Notes under the pieces: generated by a model | What the model saw: only the letters and a program-made list of their open reading frames with translations | What the model was told of the DNA's origin: nothing | The model's database searches: none | Program-made: the position numbers and the translations under genes | Shown: positions 1-10,091 of the stretch, one piece after another | How positions within the stretch are numbered: position 1 is the stretch's first letter | Layout of the letters: every line of letters begins with the position of its first letter | From: Gammaproteobacteria bacterium | Lineage (GTDB): Bacteria > Pseudomonadota > Gammaproteobacteria > Ga0077536 | DNA: 64,000 nt | NCBI GenBank assembly: GCA_963662545.2 | Contig: CAXXLL010000003.1 | Coordinates: forward strand, 1,280,001 to 1,344,000 | Reading direction: 5' to 3'

Positions 1-1429
1 CAAGCTTTGCTGCGGATCGCACAATCGCGGTATTGCGATCGGCTACGGGCGGCTCTATATGATTACGGCCGACGCCCGCTTGCTGGCACTAGATACCGCC
101 GATGGCGCGATCGTCTGGGACATTCCTGTCTTAGATCTCGCGACCGGCAACTCTGCCGATCTCAATGCAATCCGGAACCTCGATCCAAGCGCCGAAGAGC
201 TGGCCAATTCGACGCGGTTTGCCGGCAATATGGCGCCGGTCGTCTACGACGGCAAGGTTTTCGTTGGCGTCAGCGGCGCAGGATACACGGCGATCCTCGG
301 CGAAGCCGAAGGGGATGGGACCTACCTGCTCGGAAAGCCGGGGATACGGCGCGGGCAGCGCGCCTTTCTGACCGCGTACGACGCGACGAGCGGACGGCTG
401 GTCTGGCGCTGGTATTCGACGGCAGCGCAAGGCTGGGAAGGAAACTTCGCCGAGCGCACGGCGTTCGGCGATCTCCTGCACCGCGACACCGCGGCCGAGC
501 GCGTGAACGCGTCGAAGTACCGGGACGCCTGGAAGACCGGAGGCGGATCGATTTACTCCTCTCCGTCCATCGATCCGGAACTGGGTCTTATCTATTTCGG
601 TACCGGCAACGCGGCGCCGCCCTACGCGCCGCACACGCGACCCGGTGACAACCTGTATACCGCTTCGCTCATTGCGCTTGATATACGAACGGGCGCGCTT
701 CGTTGGTACCACCAGATAACGCCACACGACATCTGGGGCTACGACGTCGCTGCCCCGCCCGTTTTGTTTGATTTCCAATCTGGCGGCAAAAAGGTGCGCG
801 CGGTCGCCCAGGCGTCGAAATCAGGGTGGCTTTACGTGTTCGATCGCGCTACCGGTGAGCCGTTCGGCCGCTCGGATCCTTTCGTGCCGCAGAACGAATT
901 GATGTTTCACCGTCCGACGCGTGAAGGGATTATGGTGGCACCGGGCGCCGCCGGTGGCGCCAACTGGCCACCGACCTCGTACAGCCCGCTCACGCAGTGG
1001 CTGTACGTGTCTGGTACCCACAATCCCACACGCTATGGACTCGAAGACGACAAGGATGGCCGAACGCTGGTCACCCTGGATTTCCCCAAAGACATCGAGC
1101 GGAGTGGAACGTTCAGCGCCATCGACCCCGCTGACGGCGGGATCAAATGGCAGGTGGAGACAGATCTGCCCGTCGTCAGCGGATCGATCGCGACCGGCGG
1201 CGGATTGATCTTCCACGGGGAATCCAACGGCGATTTCGTCGCCCGTGACGCCGGCAGCGGCAAGGCCTTGTGGCATTTCAACACGGGCGCCGGCGTGAAT
1301 GCGCCCCCAGTGACTTATGCAGTGGGCGGACGGCAGTTCGTCGCGGTGGCCGCCGGCGGCCATCGATTGTTCGATTTTCCGCTGGGCGATGCCGTCGTTG
1401 CGTTCGGTTTACCCGATTCGGAGGATTGA
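1..1429 (+). CDS. PQQ-dependent dehydrogenase, alcohol/methanol dehydrogenase fold (5'-truncated by the window edge)
   Basis: The frame is open from base 2 (KLCCGSHNRG, vicinal Cys-Cys). It has Trp-docking beta-propeller motifs, YFGTGN, RPGDNLY, HQITPHD and a C-terminal PVTYAVGGRQFVAVAAGG. Confidence 0.9.
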   Translation, partial: KLCCGSHNRGIAIGYGRLYMITADARLLALDTADGAIVWDIPVLDLATGNSADLNAIRNLDPSAEELANSTRFAGNMAPVVYDGKVFVGVSGAGYTAILGEAEGDGTYLLGKPGIRRGQRAFLTAYDATSGRLVWRWYSTAAQGWEGNFAERTAFGDLLHRDTAAERVNASKYRDAWKTGGGSIYSSPSIDPELGLIYFGTGNAAPPYAPHTRPGDNLYTASLIALDIRTGALRWYHQITPHDIWGYDVAAPPVLFDFQSGGKKVRAVAQASKSGWLYVFDRATGEPFGRSDPFVPQNELMFHRPTREGIMVAPGAAGGANWPPTSYSPLTQWLYVSGTHNPTRYGLEDDKDGRTLVTLDFPKDIERSGTFSAIDPADGGIKWQVETDLPVVSGSIATGGGLIFHGESNGDFVARDAGSGKALWHFNTGAGVNAPPVTYAVGGRQFVAVAAGGHRLFDFPLGDAVVAFGLPDSED

Positions 1430-1441
1430 ATACTTAGAACC

Positions 1442-2287
1442 TCAGCGCGCGGATCCGATGCCGCAGAAAAAACCTTGGCTGGCCCAGCGCTCGAACCATT
1501 TGCCGACGGCATCGACAAGAATATCGGCGTCCACTCCGGGTACCGCGGCAGCGGCCTCGACGGCTTCACCAAGCGACAAGGCCTGATTCAGACCGCACAA
1601 CAGCTCAAACTGCGCAAGCGATAGATCGGTGCGCCACACGCGGTAGTCAATACGATAAACCGCCACATGCGTCGCCTTGGGAGCGGGAATGTCCGAGTGT
1701 CGGTCTTCTCGCACTGCGCTGATGTAGTCGTTTACCGGATAATCGAGCCGTAACAGGCGTAAAGCTGGCGTCAATTGTAGTTGCATGCGATTCCAGCTTT
1801 CGCTCGGGATTGCCTTGAGCTTTTCGATGGAGATCCGATCGACACGCCGCTCGTCGAAGACGTCCTGTATGGCGCGTTCCACGACCGCGACAGCGCCGAC
1901 AAATTCGCGGTGCGGCATATCTTGCGCTTCTGCTGCCAGATACTGCGGGAACTGCTTCCCGAGCGCGTTGAGATTAGGGTAGGTCGAAGGATGTCGGGTC
2001 AGATAGTCTTTCGCGGTTTTCTCGAAAAGATCGGGTCCAAAAATGTGTCGAACCGTCGGAAAATCATCTTCCATGACTTCGATCAGGCGCGGGAAATACA
2101 TGTTCGCGTAGATCGAGATCCGCTCGAGTGCAGACAGATCTCTCGACGGCAGCACGACTTCGTCGAGCGACGCCTTCTCGAGTGGGAGTAAAGCTTGCGC
2201 ACTATCGGATTGAAGGCCTATTTCGACGCCCTGCGGATGCATGACGAGCGTTTGCATCCACCGTTCGATCTGCTCGACCTTACGCAT
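1442..2287 (-). CDS. DUF2063-family (BufC/HvfC-like) MNIO partner protein
   Basis: ERISIYANMYFPRLIEVMEDDFP...YLTRHPS...LG..FP motif. The ATG at 2287 overlaps the DUF692 gene end; the longer ORF-track start is a shadow extension. Confidence 0.85.
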   Translation of the reverse strand: MRKVEQIERWMQTLVMHPQGVEIGLQSDSAQALLPLEKASLDEVVLPSRDLSALERISIYANMYFPRLIEVMEDDFPTVRHIFGPDLFEKTAKDYLTRHPSTYPNLNALGKQFPQYLAAEAQDMPHREFVGAVAVVERAIQDVFDERRVDRISIEKLKAIPSESWNRMQLQLTPALRLLRLDYPVNDYISAVREDRHSDIPAPKATHVAVYRIDYRVWRTDLSLAQFELLCGLNQALSLGEAVEAAAAVPGVDADILVDAVGKWFERWASQGFFCGIGSAR

Positions 2288-3122
2288 AGGCGGTCTCGAC
2301 CGTGTTGCGGAATTTAGCCGCTTTGAGCGCTTCGGTGTGCACTTCTTCGAAGGGCGGGATCTTGGCGTCCCATTCGAGCAGGGTCGCCGTGGCGCCTGCG
2401 CGCTTGAGCGCGTCGAGATAGAGATCCCATACGGGCTCGATGACGCGCCCGTCGTGGGTATCGATGCAATGCGTACCCTTGTCGGTGTGTCCCGCCAGGT
2501 GGATCTGAACCACGCGGTCGTAGGGGATGCCTTCGAGATATTCCCGCGGATCAAGATTGTGGTTGCGACAGGTGACGTAGACATTGTTTACGTCGAGCAA
2601 CAGTCCACAGTCCGCATTTTCTGACATGCGGGCCAGGAATACTTGCTCGGGCATGGTCGAACTCGCGAAAGTAAGATAAGTAGAAGGGTTTTCCAGTATC
2701 AGTGGACGTTCCAGGAAATCCTGAACGATACGGATCCGTTCAACCAGAAACTCAAGCGTCTCTTCGTTGTACGGGATCGGATACAGATCGTGACCATTGA
2801 GTCCCGCCACACCCGTCCAACACACATGGTCACCGAGCCAGACTGCATCGACACGTTCGGCTAAGGATTTGAGTTTTCGGAGATAATCGAAATCGACCGG
2901 ATCGGTACTGCCTATGGACATCGAGACGCCGTGCATAACGATCGGATAGCGCTCAGCGACCTGGTCGAGGACGTACAGCGGACGCCCCTCGGTGTCCATG
3001 AAGTTTTCGGAAACGATCTCGAACCAGTCGACCGCCGGCCAGTTCTCGAGAATATGGCCGAAGTGGTCCTTCCGCAGCCCGACGCCAATACCAAGGTCAG
3101 GAAATTTCCAGCGATTCGCCAT
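2280..3122 (-). CDS. DUF692 multinuclear non-heme iron oxidative enzyme (MNIO; MbnB/TglH/ChrH/BufB family)
   Basis: GIGVGLR..H, EIVSENF, HGVSMSIGS, DHVCW, ILENPSTY, LLLDVNNVYV, QIHLAGH, IDTH and LEWD motifs. Confidence 0.95.
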   Translation of the reverse strand: MANRWKFPDLGIGVGLRKDHFGHILENWPAVDWFEIVSENFMDTEGRPLYVLDQVAERYPIVMHGVSMSIGSTDPVDFDYLRKLKSLAERVDAVWLGDHVCWTGVAGLNGHDLYPIPYNEETLEFLVERIRIVQDFLERPLILENPSTYLTFASSTMPEQVFLARMSENADCGLLLDVNNVYVTCRNHNLDPREYLEGIPYDRVVQIHLAGHTDKGTHCIDTHDGRVIEPVWDLYLDALKRAGATATLLEWDAKIPPFEEVHTEALKAAKFRNTVETAYA

Positions 3123-3289
3123 CTGCTCACATCTTTTGAAGTCGATCGCAACCGCCGATCACTATTCGGGTCTCATAGCGTCACACAAGAGCTGCCAAGC
3201 AAGGCGTGCCCTGGCACGGTCGCGTCTCAAAAACAACGCCTCGCGCGAGAGGATCGGGAACGGCCTCCGCCGATCCTCCCGGTTGGGTA

Positions 3290-3667
3290 TTACGCGGGTT
3301 CCATGTGTGAGCTTGGAACTGGAACCTCGCAGCCGCCGTGACCCTTGCAAGAATTCTTGCCGGCGCAGCCGTTGTCTCCACCCTTACAGCCGCCCATGCC
3401 CTTGCAGTCGTTTTTGCCCCCACAGTCGTGTTTGGCAACCGTTGCGCAGCCGCCGTGGCTCTTGCAGGAATTCTTACCGGCGCAGGAGTTATCGCCGCTT
3501 TCGCAGCCGCCCTGACCCTTACAGTCGTTCCTGCCTGCACAGACGTGGTCGGTGCCTTCGGCATAAGCGCCGAGTAACAGTGGGGTTCTTTGTTGTGCTC
3601 CAGCCAGAATTCCGCCGACCGAAGCGACGAGCAGCTTATTAAAATCCCGTCTTTTTAACTTCATCAC
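3290..3667 (-). CDS. Cys-rich exported RiPP precursor (BufA2/bufferin-like) with four CxGxNxCKxxGGC repeats
   Basis: 12 Cys in four repeats. N-terminal KRRDFNK plus a hydrophobic stretch and AYA. GGAG RBS upstream. Lies directly upstream of DUF692 on the same strand. Confidence 0.85.
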   Translation of the reverse strand: MMKLKRRDFNKLLVASVGGILAGAQQRTPLLLGAYAEGTDHVCAGRNDCKGQGGCESGDNSCAGKNSCKSHGGCATVAKHDCGGKNDCKGMGGCKGGDNGCAGKNSCKGHGGCEVPVPSSHMEPA

Positions 3668-4076
3668 ACTCTCCTAATCATCATGATTAGCATCGCCGCC
3701 GCACGAAATTATTTGGCGACGACGCGAAAATAAGTCCTGCCGTCCGTCGGAAAGCGCTATTCCGCTCTCCCTGACATACCAACTCAGTATATGCCAAAAA
3801 GCGAAGTAGCGAATTCGAATGGACCCCCTTTGCACTCGCCGGTTGTTTCAACTTCCAGCCCACCTTCGACACCAAAGGCATAGAGTGGCAAGCTGGCCAA
3901 AGCCCTCCGCGTAACAGGAATATCCGACTCCGGTTTCGTGGGTGAAGTGCAGCGTAGCGAAAGAACTGCAACAACGGTGATGGGGTTGATTTGTTCTATT
4001 ATTGGAGGATGCCGAGAACCTAAGGTTCCGTTGGTTTATTCGAGTTCAGTCCGCTGTTTAAACCGGAGAGAGAGAT

Positions 4077-4904
4077 ATGGCTGAAATCAATAAGATATTC
4101 ACCGTAATTGATCCTACAACGAAGAATCAGCGGGCCTTGAATCGCGCCGTACTCGGCGCGAAGAGCACGGGCGCGCGCATCCACGCCTATCTCTGTATTG
4201 CCTCCAACATGGACGCAGATCATTTCCAGGACTTTATCGAAGCCGAAACATCGAAGTATCAGGCATGGATCGAAGAGCTCGTCAAACCAATCAGGGCTGA
4301 CGGTATTGACATAGACGTTGAGATTGAACGGCACGATGACTGGCGCAGTGCGATGGGCCCGGCCGCGACGCGCTCCGGATGCGATTTGATCATCAAGAAC
4401 GCGCACCAGCGATCGGAATCGAAGACAACATCGCTGTCGTCCTCGGACTGGAGTCTGTTCCGCAGCGCACCTTGCCCTGTAATGATTGCCAAATCAGAGC
4501 GCTCCAGTGGCTCTGGAAACGTCCTGTTGGCGATCGATCCCATGAAAGAGAATAGCGCTTACGAAAAAGTTATTGACGAAAGCTTGGGATTCGCGCGTGT
4601 TGCGGTCGCATCTTATAGAGAGGGCACTTTGCATGTGTTGAGCGCATACGAAGGTTCAGACGTCAAAGTGAGTGCGGAGAATTTGGCGGAACGAACCGGT
4701 TTGGAAACGGCGCACGTCCACGTGACCGGTGATCGGGTGGAAGAGGCGATCGAAAAATGCGCCACTGAAATTGACGCGGAGTTGATCGTGATCGGTGTTG
4801 CGGAATCGCCAAGACTTTCTGGCGTATTGTTTGGAACGACTACCGAATGGCTTTTGAATCATCTGGACAGAGACGTCATGGTGGTGATACCTCAGAACGC
4901 GTGA
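4077..4904 (+). CDS. uspE: Tandem-domain universal stress protein (UspE-like)
   Basis: N-terminal IFTVIDPT..QRALNRA, CDLIIK, SDWSLFRSAPCPV, and a second domain ending FGTTTEWLL...DVMVV. Confidence 0.8.
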   Translation: MAEINKIFTVIDPTTKNQRALNRAVLGAKSTGARIHAYLCIASNMDADHFQDFIEAETSKYQAWIEELVKPIRADGIDIDVEIERHDDWRSAMGPAATRSGCDLIIKNAHQRSESKTTSLSSSDWSLFRSAPCPVMIAKSERSSGSGNVLLAIDPMKENSAYEKVIDESLGFARVAVASYREGTLHVLSAYEGSDVKVSAENLAERTGLETAHVHVTGDRVEEAIEKCATEIDAELIVIGVAESPRLSGVLFGTTTEWLLNHLDRDVMVVIPQNA

Positions 4905-5096
4905 CGATGGCGCTAGCGCGTGTTCTGTCTAACGGTATTTGAGCTCAATTCTGGACGATTGCCTGCATCTGTACGCGGGATCGCAAGCGCGGCGTGGAGA
5001 AACCCACGTTAGAGTGTGCATTAACGATAGAATTGAACGGACTTGCCCATCCCGAGTTCGCGGATGTTCCGAAACCTAGCCGCCAGGATCTAAACC

Positions 5097-5939
5097 ATGC
5101 CAGCCACGATCGAATTGACTGATATCCGTCTCGACTACGTTGCGATTGCCGAGGCGCATACGCTGCCTGGTTTACGCCTGATACTCGGCGCCTATGCCAT
5201 ACCTGGACCGTGGCGCGAGGCTTGTAAGGGTTTGTTCTACGTCAAGGGGATCCCGTACACCCCAGTGGTGACCGCCGACACGCAAGCTTCCGATCTTCAG
5301 TTTGGCATGGAGGATAGCGCTCGTGAATTACGCGAATGGACCAGCCAGGCCAGTGCCCCGGTGGCGATCTGGAACGACGAGCGCCCACGCGTGAGTTGGA
5401 TCGACCAGATCCATCTCGCCGATCGCATCGCTGCGGAGCCGCCCTTGGTGCCGACCGAAATAGCCGATCGGGTGCTGATGTTTGGGCTAATAAACGAGCT
5501 TGCCGGAGAACACGGCCTCGGTTGGACCAAGCGCCTGGCGATCGTCGACGACGGCCTGAAGGCGCTTCCCGAGGGCGCGGAAGGGCGCGCTTTTTTCGAG
5601 CATCTTGCGGTGAAATACGATCACAACGAAGCCGAAGCCGCCGTTGCGCCCGCGCGCATGACCGCGATCATCGGCAACATTGGCCGCCAGCTCGCGAGCC
5701 AGGCCGAGCAAGGACGCCGCTTCCTCATCGGCGATCGCCTGAGCGCGCTCGATATCTATTGGTCGACCTTTGCCGGGCTGTTCGATCCACTGCCGCCGGA
5801 ACAGTGCCCGATGGGCACCGCCTTTCGCGACTTCTATCGCAACCCCCATACGGAAACACAGAAAGTACTGAGTACCGACCTGCTTCAGCACCGCGACTTC
5901 ATCTATCGCGAGTATCTCGAATTGCCGATCGTTTTTTGA
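5097..5939 (+). CDS. Divergent glutathione S-transferase-like protein
   Basis: PGPWREACKGLFYVKGIPY thioredoxin-like N-terminus and a GST C-terminal FLIGDRLSALDIY motif. Confidence 0.65.
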   Translation: MPATIELTDIRLDYVAIAEAHTLPGLRLILGAYAIPGPWREACKGLFYVKGIPYTPVVTADTQASDLQFGMEDSARELREWTSQASAPVAIWNDERPRVSWIDQIHLADRIAAEPPLVPTEIADRVLMFGLINELAGEHGLGWTKRLAIVDDGLKALPEGAEGRAFFEHLAVKYDHNEAEAAVAPARMTAIIGNIGRQLASQAEQGRRFLIGDRLSALDIYWSTFAGLFDPLPPEQCPMGTAFRDFYRNPHTETQKVLSTDLLQHRDFIYREYLELPIVF

Positions 5940-6119
5940 GCTTGCTGCGCGCTTGGCTGATCCCGGCCTGCTTCGCCGGACGCCAATCACCGTTTACGGA
6001 ATAGTTGTTGCTAAGGGCGAAGCTCGACGGCGTAACTCCGGACGCATATTTTTAGAAAATAAATGCGCCCTTTTGTCCGCGCCGGTCACTGCCTAGAAAG
6101 TCCTTCCGCGGGTCAGCGC

Positions 6120-6728
6120 TTACGTCTGGATTCCGATCTGGAAAGCTGGCCGGGCTTCGAGACGATTCACGTAGACGTCCAACGCCGTCATCTCGCCGGT
6201 GAAACACCCCAAGCGCCGACTCATGAAGCATGCATGTCCGAGCATGATGTCCGCGCCGGAGAAGTCTCCGATCAGGTATTCCCGCCGCTCGACCGCTTTG
6301 TCAACCGGCGCCAGCGCCTTGGTCAGCAAACGTTGCGCCTGGCCCAACACCTCTGCGTTTCTGCGATCCTCGGGAAGGAGCTTGGTTTGCACCACGATCG
6401 TGTTCACCGGCGGCATGACCATGCCCTCACAGTAGTGGAACCACTGCAGGTATGCGGGGAACTCCGGTGTGTTCACGTTGGGCTTCAGGGCGCCGTCCGT
6501 GTGCCGTGCAATGATGTAATCGACGATGGCGCCGGATTCGTAGAGCATCACTTCGCCGTCCTCTAATACCGGTACGCGGCCCAGCGGATGGCGCGCGCGG
6601 TGTTCATCTGATTTCAACTCTTTCGGGTGAAAGGCCATCTTGTTGAGCTCGTACTCCAGCCCGACCTCTTCCAACAACCAGACGATACGGCCCGCGCGTG
6701 AGTTGGGTGCGTGATGCAGTTTCAACAT
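6120..6728 (-). CDS. Glutathione S-transferase
   Basis: SRAGRIVWLLEE, HPLGRVPVLEDG, ESGAI, YLIGDFSGADI. Confidence 0.92.
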   Translation of the reverse strand: MLKLHHAPNSRAGRIVWLLEEVGLEYELNKMAFHPKELKSDEHRARHPLGRVPVLEDGEVMLYESGAIVDYIIARHTDGALKPNVNTPEFPAYLQWFHYCEGMVMPPVNTIVVQTKLLPEDRRNAEVLGQAQRLLTKALAPVDKAVERREYLIGDFSGADIMLGHACFMSRRLGCFTGEMTALDVYVNRLEARPAFQIGIQT

Positions 6729-6854
6729 GTCTAATTTACTCCCGACCGCGGTGATCGCCTTTATTGGAAATAATTTTCATTAAAAAAGCGTTTCCGCGGA
6801 AACACTGCGAACCTCGATGATAAGGGGAATGAGCCCGGGCGGTTTGGAAACCCT

Positions 6855-7862
6855 TTAGCCGCCGACTCGGGACATCTCCACCTTATCGAGGCCGATGGTC
6901 GCGGTGCTGCGGATCTCGGAGTAGCGGTCTGCGCGGCGGCGCCAAATGGCGCGCACAAACGCTGCGATATCGGCGTCCGAGGCTCCGCTTCGCAGCAGGC
7001 TGCGCAAATCGTGGCCGCGGGTGGCAAACAAACAGGTGAAGAGCTGCCCGTCGGCCGTGAGCCGCAGGCGGGTACAATCGCCGCAGAAGGCTTGTGTGAC
7101 CGACGCGATGATGCCGAATTCCCCTGCCCCGTCCCGATAGCGGTAGCGCCTGGCTACCTCCCCGCGGTAGTTAGCCTGTAACGGTTCCACCGGCCATTGC
7201 GACTCGATCATGGCCAGGATCTCGGCTGCGCTGACCACGTCCGCCGTGCGCCAGCCATTGCTGTGCCCCACGTCCATGTATTCGATGAACCGCAGGACAT
7301 GACCGGTGTAGCGGAAGTGTTGGGCCAGCTCGGCAACGCAGTGCTCATTCATGCCGCGCTTGACGACCATATTGACCTTGACCGGCGTCAGCCCGCACGC
7401 GGAAGCGGCCTCGATACCTTCGAGCACACGCGCGACGGGAACGGCAACGTCGTTCATCGCTTGGAAGGTATCGTCATCGAGTGCATCGAGGCTCACGGTG
7501 ACTCGCTGCAGTCCGGCATCCTTGAGGCTACGGGCTTTGCCGGCGAGCAGCGAACCGTTCGTGGTGAGCGTGAGATCGCGCACACCACCGAGCGGCGCCA
7601 GCATCTCGATGAGCCGCTCAAGGTCCCGGCGAAGCAGGGGTTCGCCGCCAGTGATGCGGATCTTCTCGACACCCTGGTCGACGAAGATGCACACCAGCTG
7701 GCGGATCTCATCGAAACTCAGCAACTCGGCGTGAGGCAGGAAGGCCCAATCACGCCCGAAGACCTCTTTCGGCATGCAGTACGGACAACGGAAATTGCAG
7801 CGATCGGTCACCGAGATCCGCAGATCGCGCAACGGACGTTGCAGCGTATCGGTAACGGTCAT
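6855..7862 (-). CDS. moaA: GTP 3',8-cyclase MoaA
   Basis: [36 protein letters not shown] and C-terminal MSRVGG. Start taken at the ATG at 7862 ([10 protein letters not shown]). Confidence 0.96.
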   Translation of the reverse strand: MTVTDTLQRPLRDLRISVTDRCNFRCPYCMPKEVFGRDWAFLPHAELLSFDEIRQLVCIFVDQGVEKIRITGGEPLLRRDLERLIEMLAPLGGVRDLTLTTNGSLLAGKARSLKDAGLQRVTVSLDALDDDTFQAMNDVAVPVARVLEGIEAASACGLTPVKVNMVVKRGMNEHCVAELAQHFRYTGHVLRFIEYMDVGHSNGWRTADVVSAAEILAMIESQWPVEPLQANYRGEVARRYRYRDGAGEFGIIASVTQAFCGDCTRLRLTADGQLFTCLFATRGHDLRSLLRSGASDADIAAFVRAIWRRRADRYSEIRSTATIGLDKVEMSRVGG

Positions 7863-7885
7863 GGCTTGCTTAGGTGATCCGGGTA

Positions 7886-9211
7886 TCACGCGGCAATACT
7901 GGTGACCCCTCTCCACAGCGGCGCGACCACGACATTCAGTTGCGCATGCGCCTGCCTGAGTGCGGCCTCCACCTGCTCCGGGCGGGGCGCCCGAGCAAAG
8001 ATGAACCCGAGGTAGCTCGAACCTTCGGGCAGCGGCACCAGTTGATAACGATCCCGCACCTGTATGGTCACTTCCTCGACATAATCTACCGCGCGGGCCG
8101 CACCCACCCCCTCGACCCGTCTGAGGATGCCGGCCTGCGGCGTCGGGATCATCAACACACCGGCCGCCTGTTGCCAATCTGCGAACGCCAGGGGGGCGCC
8201 CACGGCATGCGATAACACCATCTCCTCGAGGCTGCCGGCGAGGCCGTATTCGAACAGCCGGCTGCACAGCCCGCCGATGGTCCTGGACGCAATCTCGAGC
8301 ATCCATACCCCCGCGTCATTGATGCGGCACTCGGCATGCACCGGCCCGTGCCGCAGTCCGTAAGCCCGGCAGCTCTCGGCCACCCGTTGTCCGACCTGGC
8401 GTTGTACGCCTGCATCGAGCCGCGAGGGGGTCACGAAGTAAGTCTCTTCAAAATAGGGGCCATTAAGGGGGTCGGTTTTATCGAAGACGGCGAGCACCTC
8501 GAGCTCCCCGTCGGTCAGTAGCGCCTCGACCGCGACCTCGACGCCCGGAACGAATTCCTCCACCAGAAGATAGTGCCGCTCTTCCGCATCACGCGCTTCG
8601 GCAACGATTCGGTCCACACGCTCACAGGCCGCGCGCAGCGCGTCCTCGCTATCCACCCGGATGACGCCACGGCTTGCCGACATGGCAAGGGGCTTGATCA
8701 CGCACGGGAATTCGATGCCTTCGAGCTGCCCCGCCAGCGGCTTCCGCAGATTAATGCGCGTATACGTCGGGACCGGGATCCCTGCTGCACTAAGGCGTGC
8801 CCGCGCGAGATCTTTGCGGCGCGCAATGCGCACGGCATCGGGTTCGTTATGGGGCAAGCCCAAACGACGGGCGGCGAGTGAAGCCAGCTCGGTCGTGGAA
8901 TCGTCGGTGCTGATAATTGCAGCAAAACAATGGTGACGGGCCGCCTCGAAGATGACCTCAAGCGCACCGCGGCTGTCGCTGAAATCGAGGTGTAATCCTT
9001 GCGCGTACGCGCTGACCAGCGAATGGCGGCCTTCGGAAGCGATCAGAACCTCGATGCCGAGGCGTCGGGCGGCATCGAGGTAAGGGACAGTCCGGTAGCT
9101 CCCGTGGGGAGCGATGATCAACACGCGTGCTTTGCCCGGTGCCGACACGCGCTGCAAATCCGCGCCGCCAGCGGCGCCCGTTCGAGGTCCAGCATGGAAG
9201 CTTGTAGACAT
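7886..9211 (-). CDS. ATP-grasp ligase of unknown substrate
   Basis: RKDLARARL...[50 protein letters not shown]. Start uncertain (9211 or 9271). Confidence 0.88.
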   Translation of the reverse strand: MSTSFHAGPRTGAAGGADLQRVSAPGKARVLIIAPHGSYRTVPYLDAARRLGIEVLIASEGRHSLVSAYAQGLHLDFSDSRGALEVIFEAARHHCFAAIISTDDSTTELASLAARRLGLPHNEPDAVRIARRKDLARARLSAAGIPVPTYTRINLRKPLAGQLEGIEFPCVIKPLAMSASRGVIRVDSEDALRAACERVDRIVAEARDAEERHYLLVEEFVPGVEVAVEALLTDGELEVLAVFDKTDPLNGPYFEETYFVTPSRLDAGVQRQVGQRVAESCRAYGLRHGPVHAECRINDAGVWMLEIASRTIGGLCSRLFEYGLAGSLEEMVLSHAVGAPLAFADWQQAAGVLMIPTPQAGILRRVEGVGAARAVDYVEEVTIQVRDRYQLVPLPEGSSYLGFIFARAPRPEQVEAALRQAHAQLNVVVAPLWRGVTSIAA

Positions 9212-9251
9212 CGAAGCCGTCAACCGATGAAGATTGGCGGGGACGCGACGG

Positions 9252-9650
9252 CTAGAAGCCGCTGCCGCCACAGCCGCTGCACATGCCGCTGCCGCCTACA
9301 CTCTCAAAGACATTGTTAAAGACAAAGGATTCATTGAGGCCGTCCTTGACGTAGTCGATTTCACAGCCCCGTAGGAAGTTCAGGGCGACGGCATCCACCA
9401 CTAGCTGAAAGCCCTCAAACTGGCGGACACTGTCGTACTCGGTCCGCTCGTCGTCATAGGTCATCCCATAGCTGAGCCCATTGCATCCGCCACCCTCAAC
9501 AAAGATACGCAGGGCGGCGAACTCCTTCTCGGCCTCCTCCACGATGCTCGCAAGCTGCGCCTCGCAAACGGGCGTAATCGTGAAGGTTTGCTCGGTGATC
9601 TCCTGCGAATATTCAAACTTCGTCTCTTGCAACACGGTCTTGAACCTCAC
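9252..9650 (-). CDS. A-type Fe-S carrier (HesB/IscA/ErpA family) with an atypical C-terminus
   Basis: LRIFVEGGGCNGLSYGM, VVDAVALNFLRGCEIDY, FVFNN. Ends CSGCGGSGF instead of NPN...CGCGxSF. Confidence 0.88.
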   Translation of the reverse strand: MRFKTVLQETKFEYSQEITEQTFTITPVCEAQLASIVEEAEKEFAALRIFVEGGGCNGLSYGMTYDDERTEYDSVRQFEGFQLVVDAVALNFLRGCEIDYVKDGLNESFVFNNVFESVGGSGMCSGCGGSGF

Positions 9651-9747
9651 TCTTTTCGACTGTGATAATTCGGCAGAATAATTCTTGAGTATTTTACTCA
9701 GTTATTATAGCTTATTCAACCTCACCCTGGAGTGAAGCGCACCGACC

Positions 9748-10032
9748 ATGGCACATACAGTTAATTGCCCGATCCTGCAACGGGAGGCCGAGGGCCTCGA
9801 CGCACCCCCGCACCCCGGCACTTTGGGGACGCGCATCTATGAGGAAATTTCCAAGGAAGGATGGCAGAAGTGGCTGGAACGGCTCACCATGATCATGAAT
9901 GAGAACGGGTTGAGCACGGCAGATCCGGACGCTATACCCCTGATTGAAGATCACATGCGGGGGTTCCTGTTCGGAGAAGGCGATCTCGGCGGTCTGCCGC
10001 CGGGATTCGTCCCCCAGGGCCAGAAGAAGTAA
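9748..10032 (+). CDS. yggX: Fe(II)-trafficking / oxidative-damage protection protein YggX
   Basis: TVNC..L.REAEGLD.PP.PG.LG.RIYEEISKE.W..W...TMIMNE..L signature. Confidence 0.93.
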   Translation: MAHTVNCPILQREAEGLDAPPHPGTLGTRIYEEISKEGWQKWLERLTMIMNENGLSTADPDAIPLIEDHMRGFLFGEGDLGGLPPGFVPQGQKK

Positions 10033-10091
10033 GCAACCCTACAGAAGGATTTCCACAGGTCCACGGTTGGCATCTCCCCACCGGGTCGCGC

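Noticed and set aside
7863-8306. N-terminal extensions in the ORF track for moaA, DUF2063, pspA, the response regulator, catC-like and SDR
   Set aside because: They overlap neighbouring genes or their promoter regions, and the family motifs begin at downstream starts.
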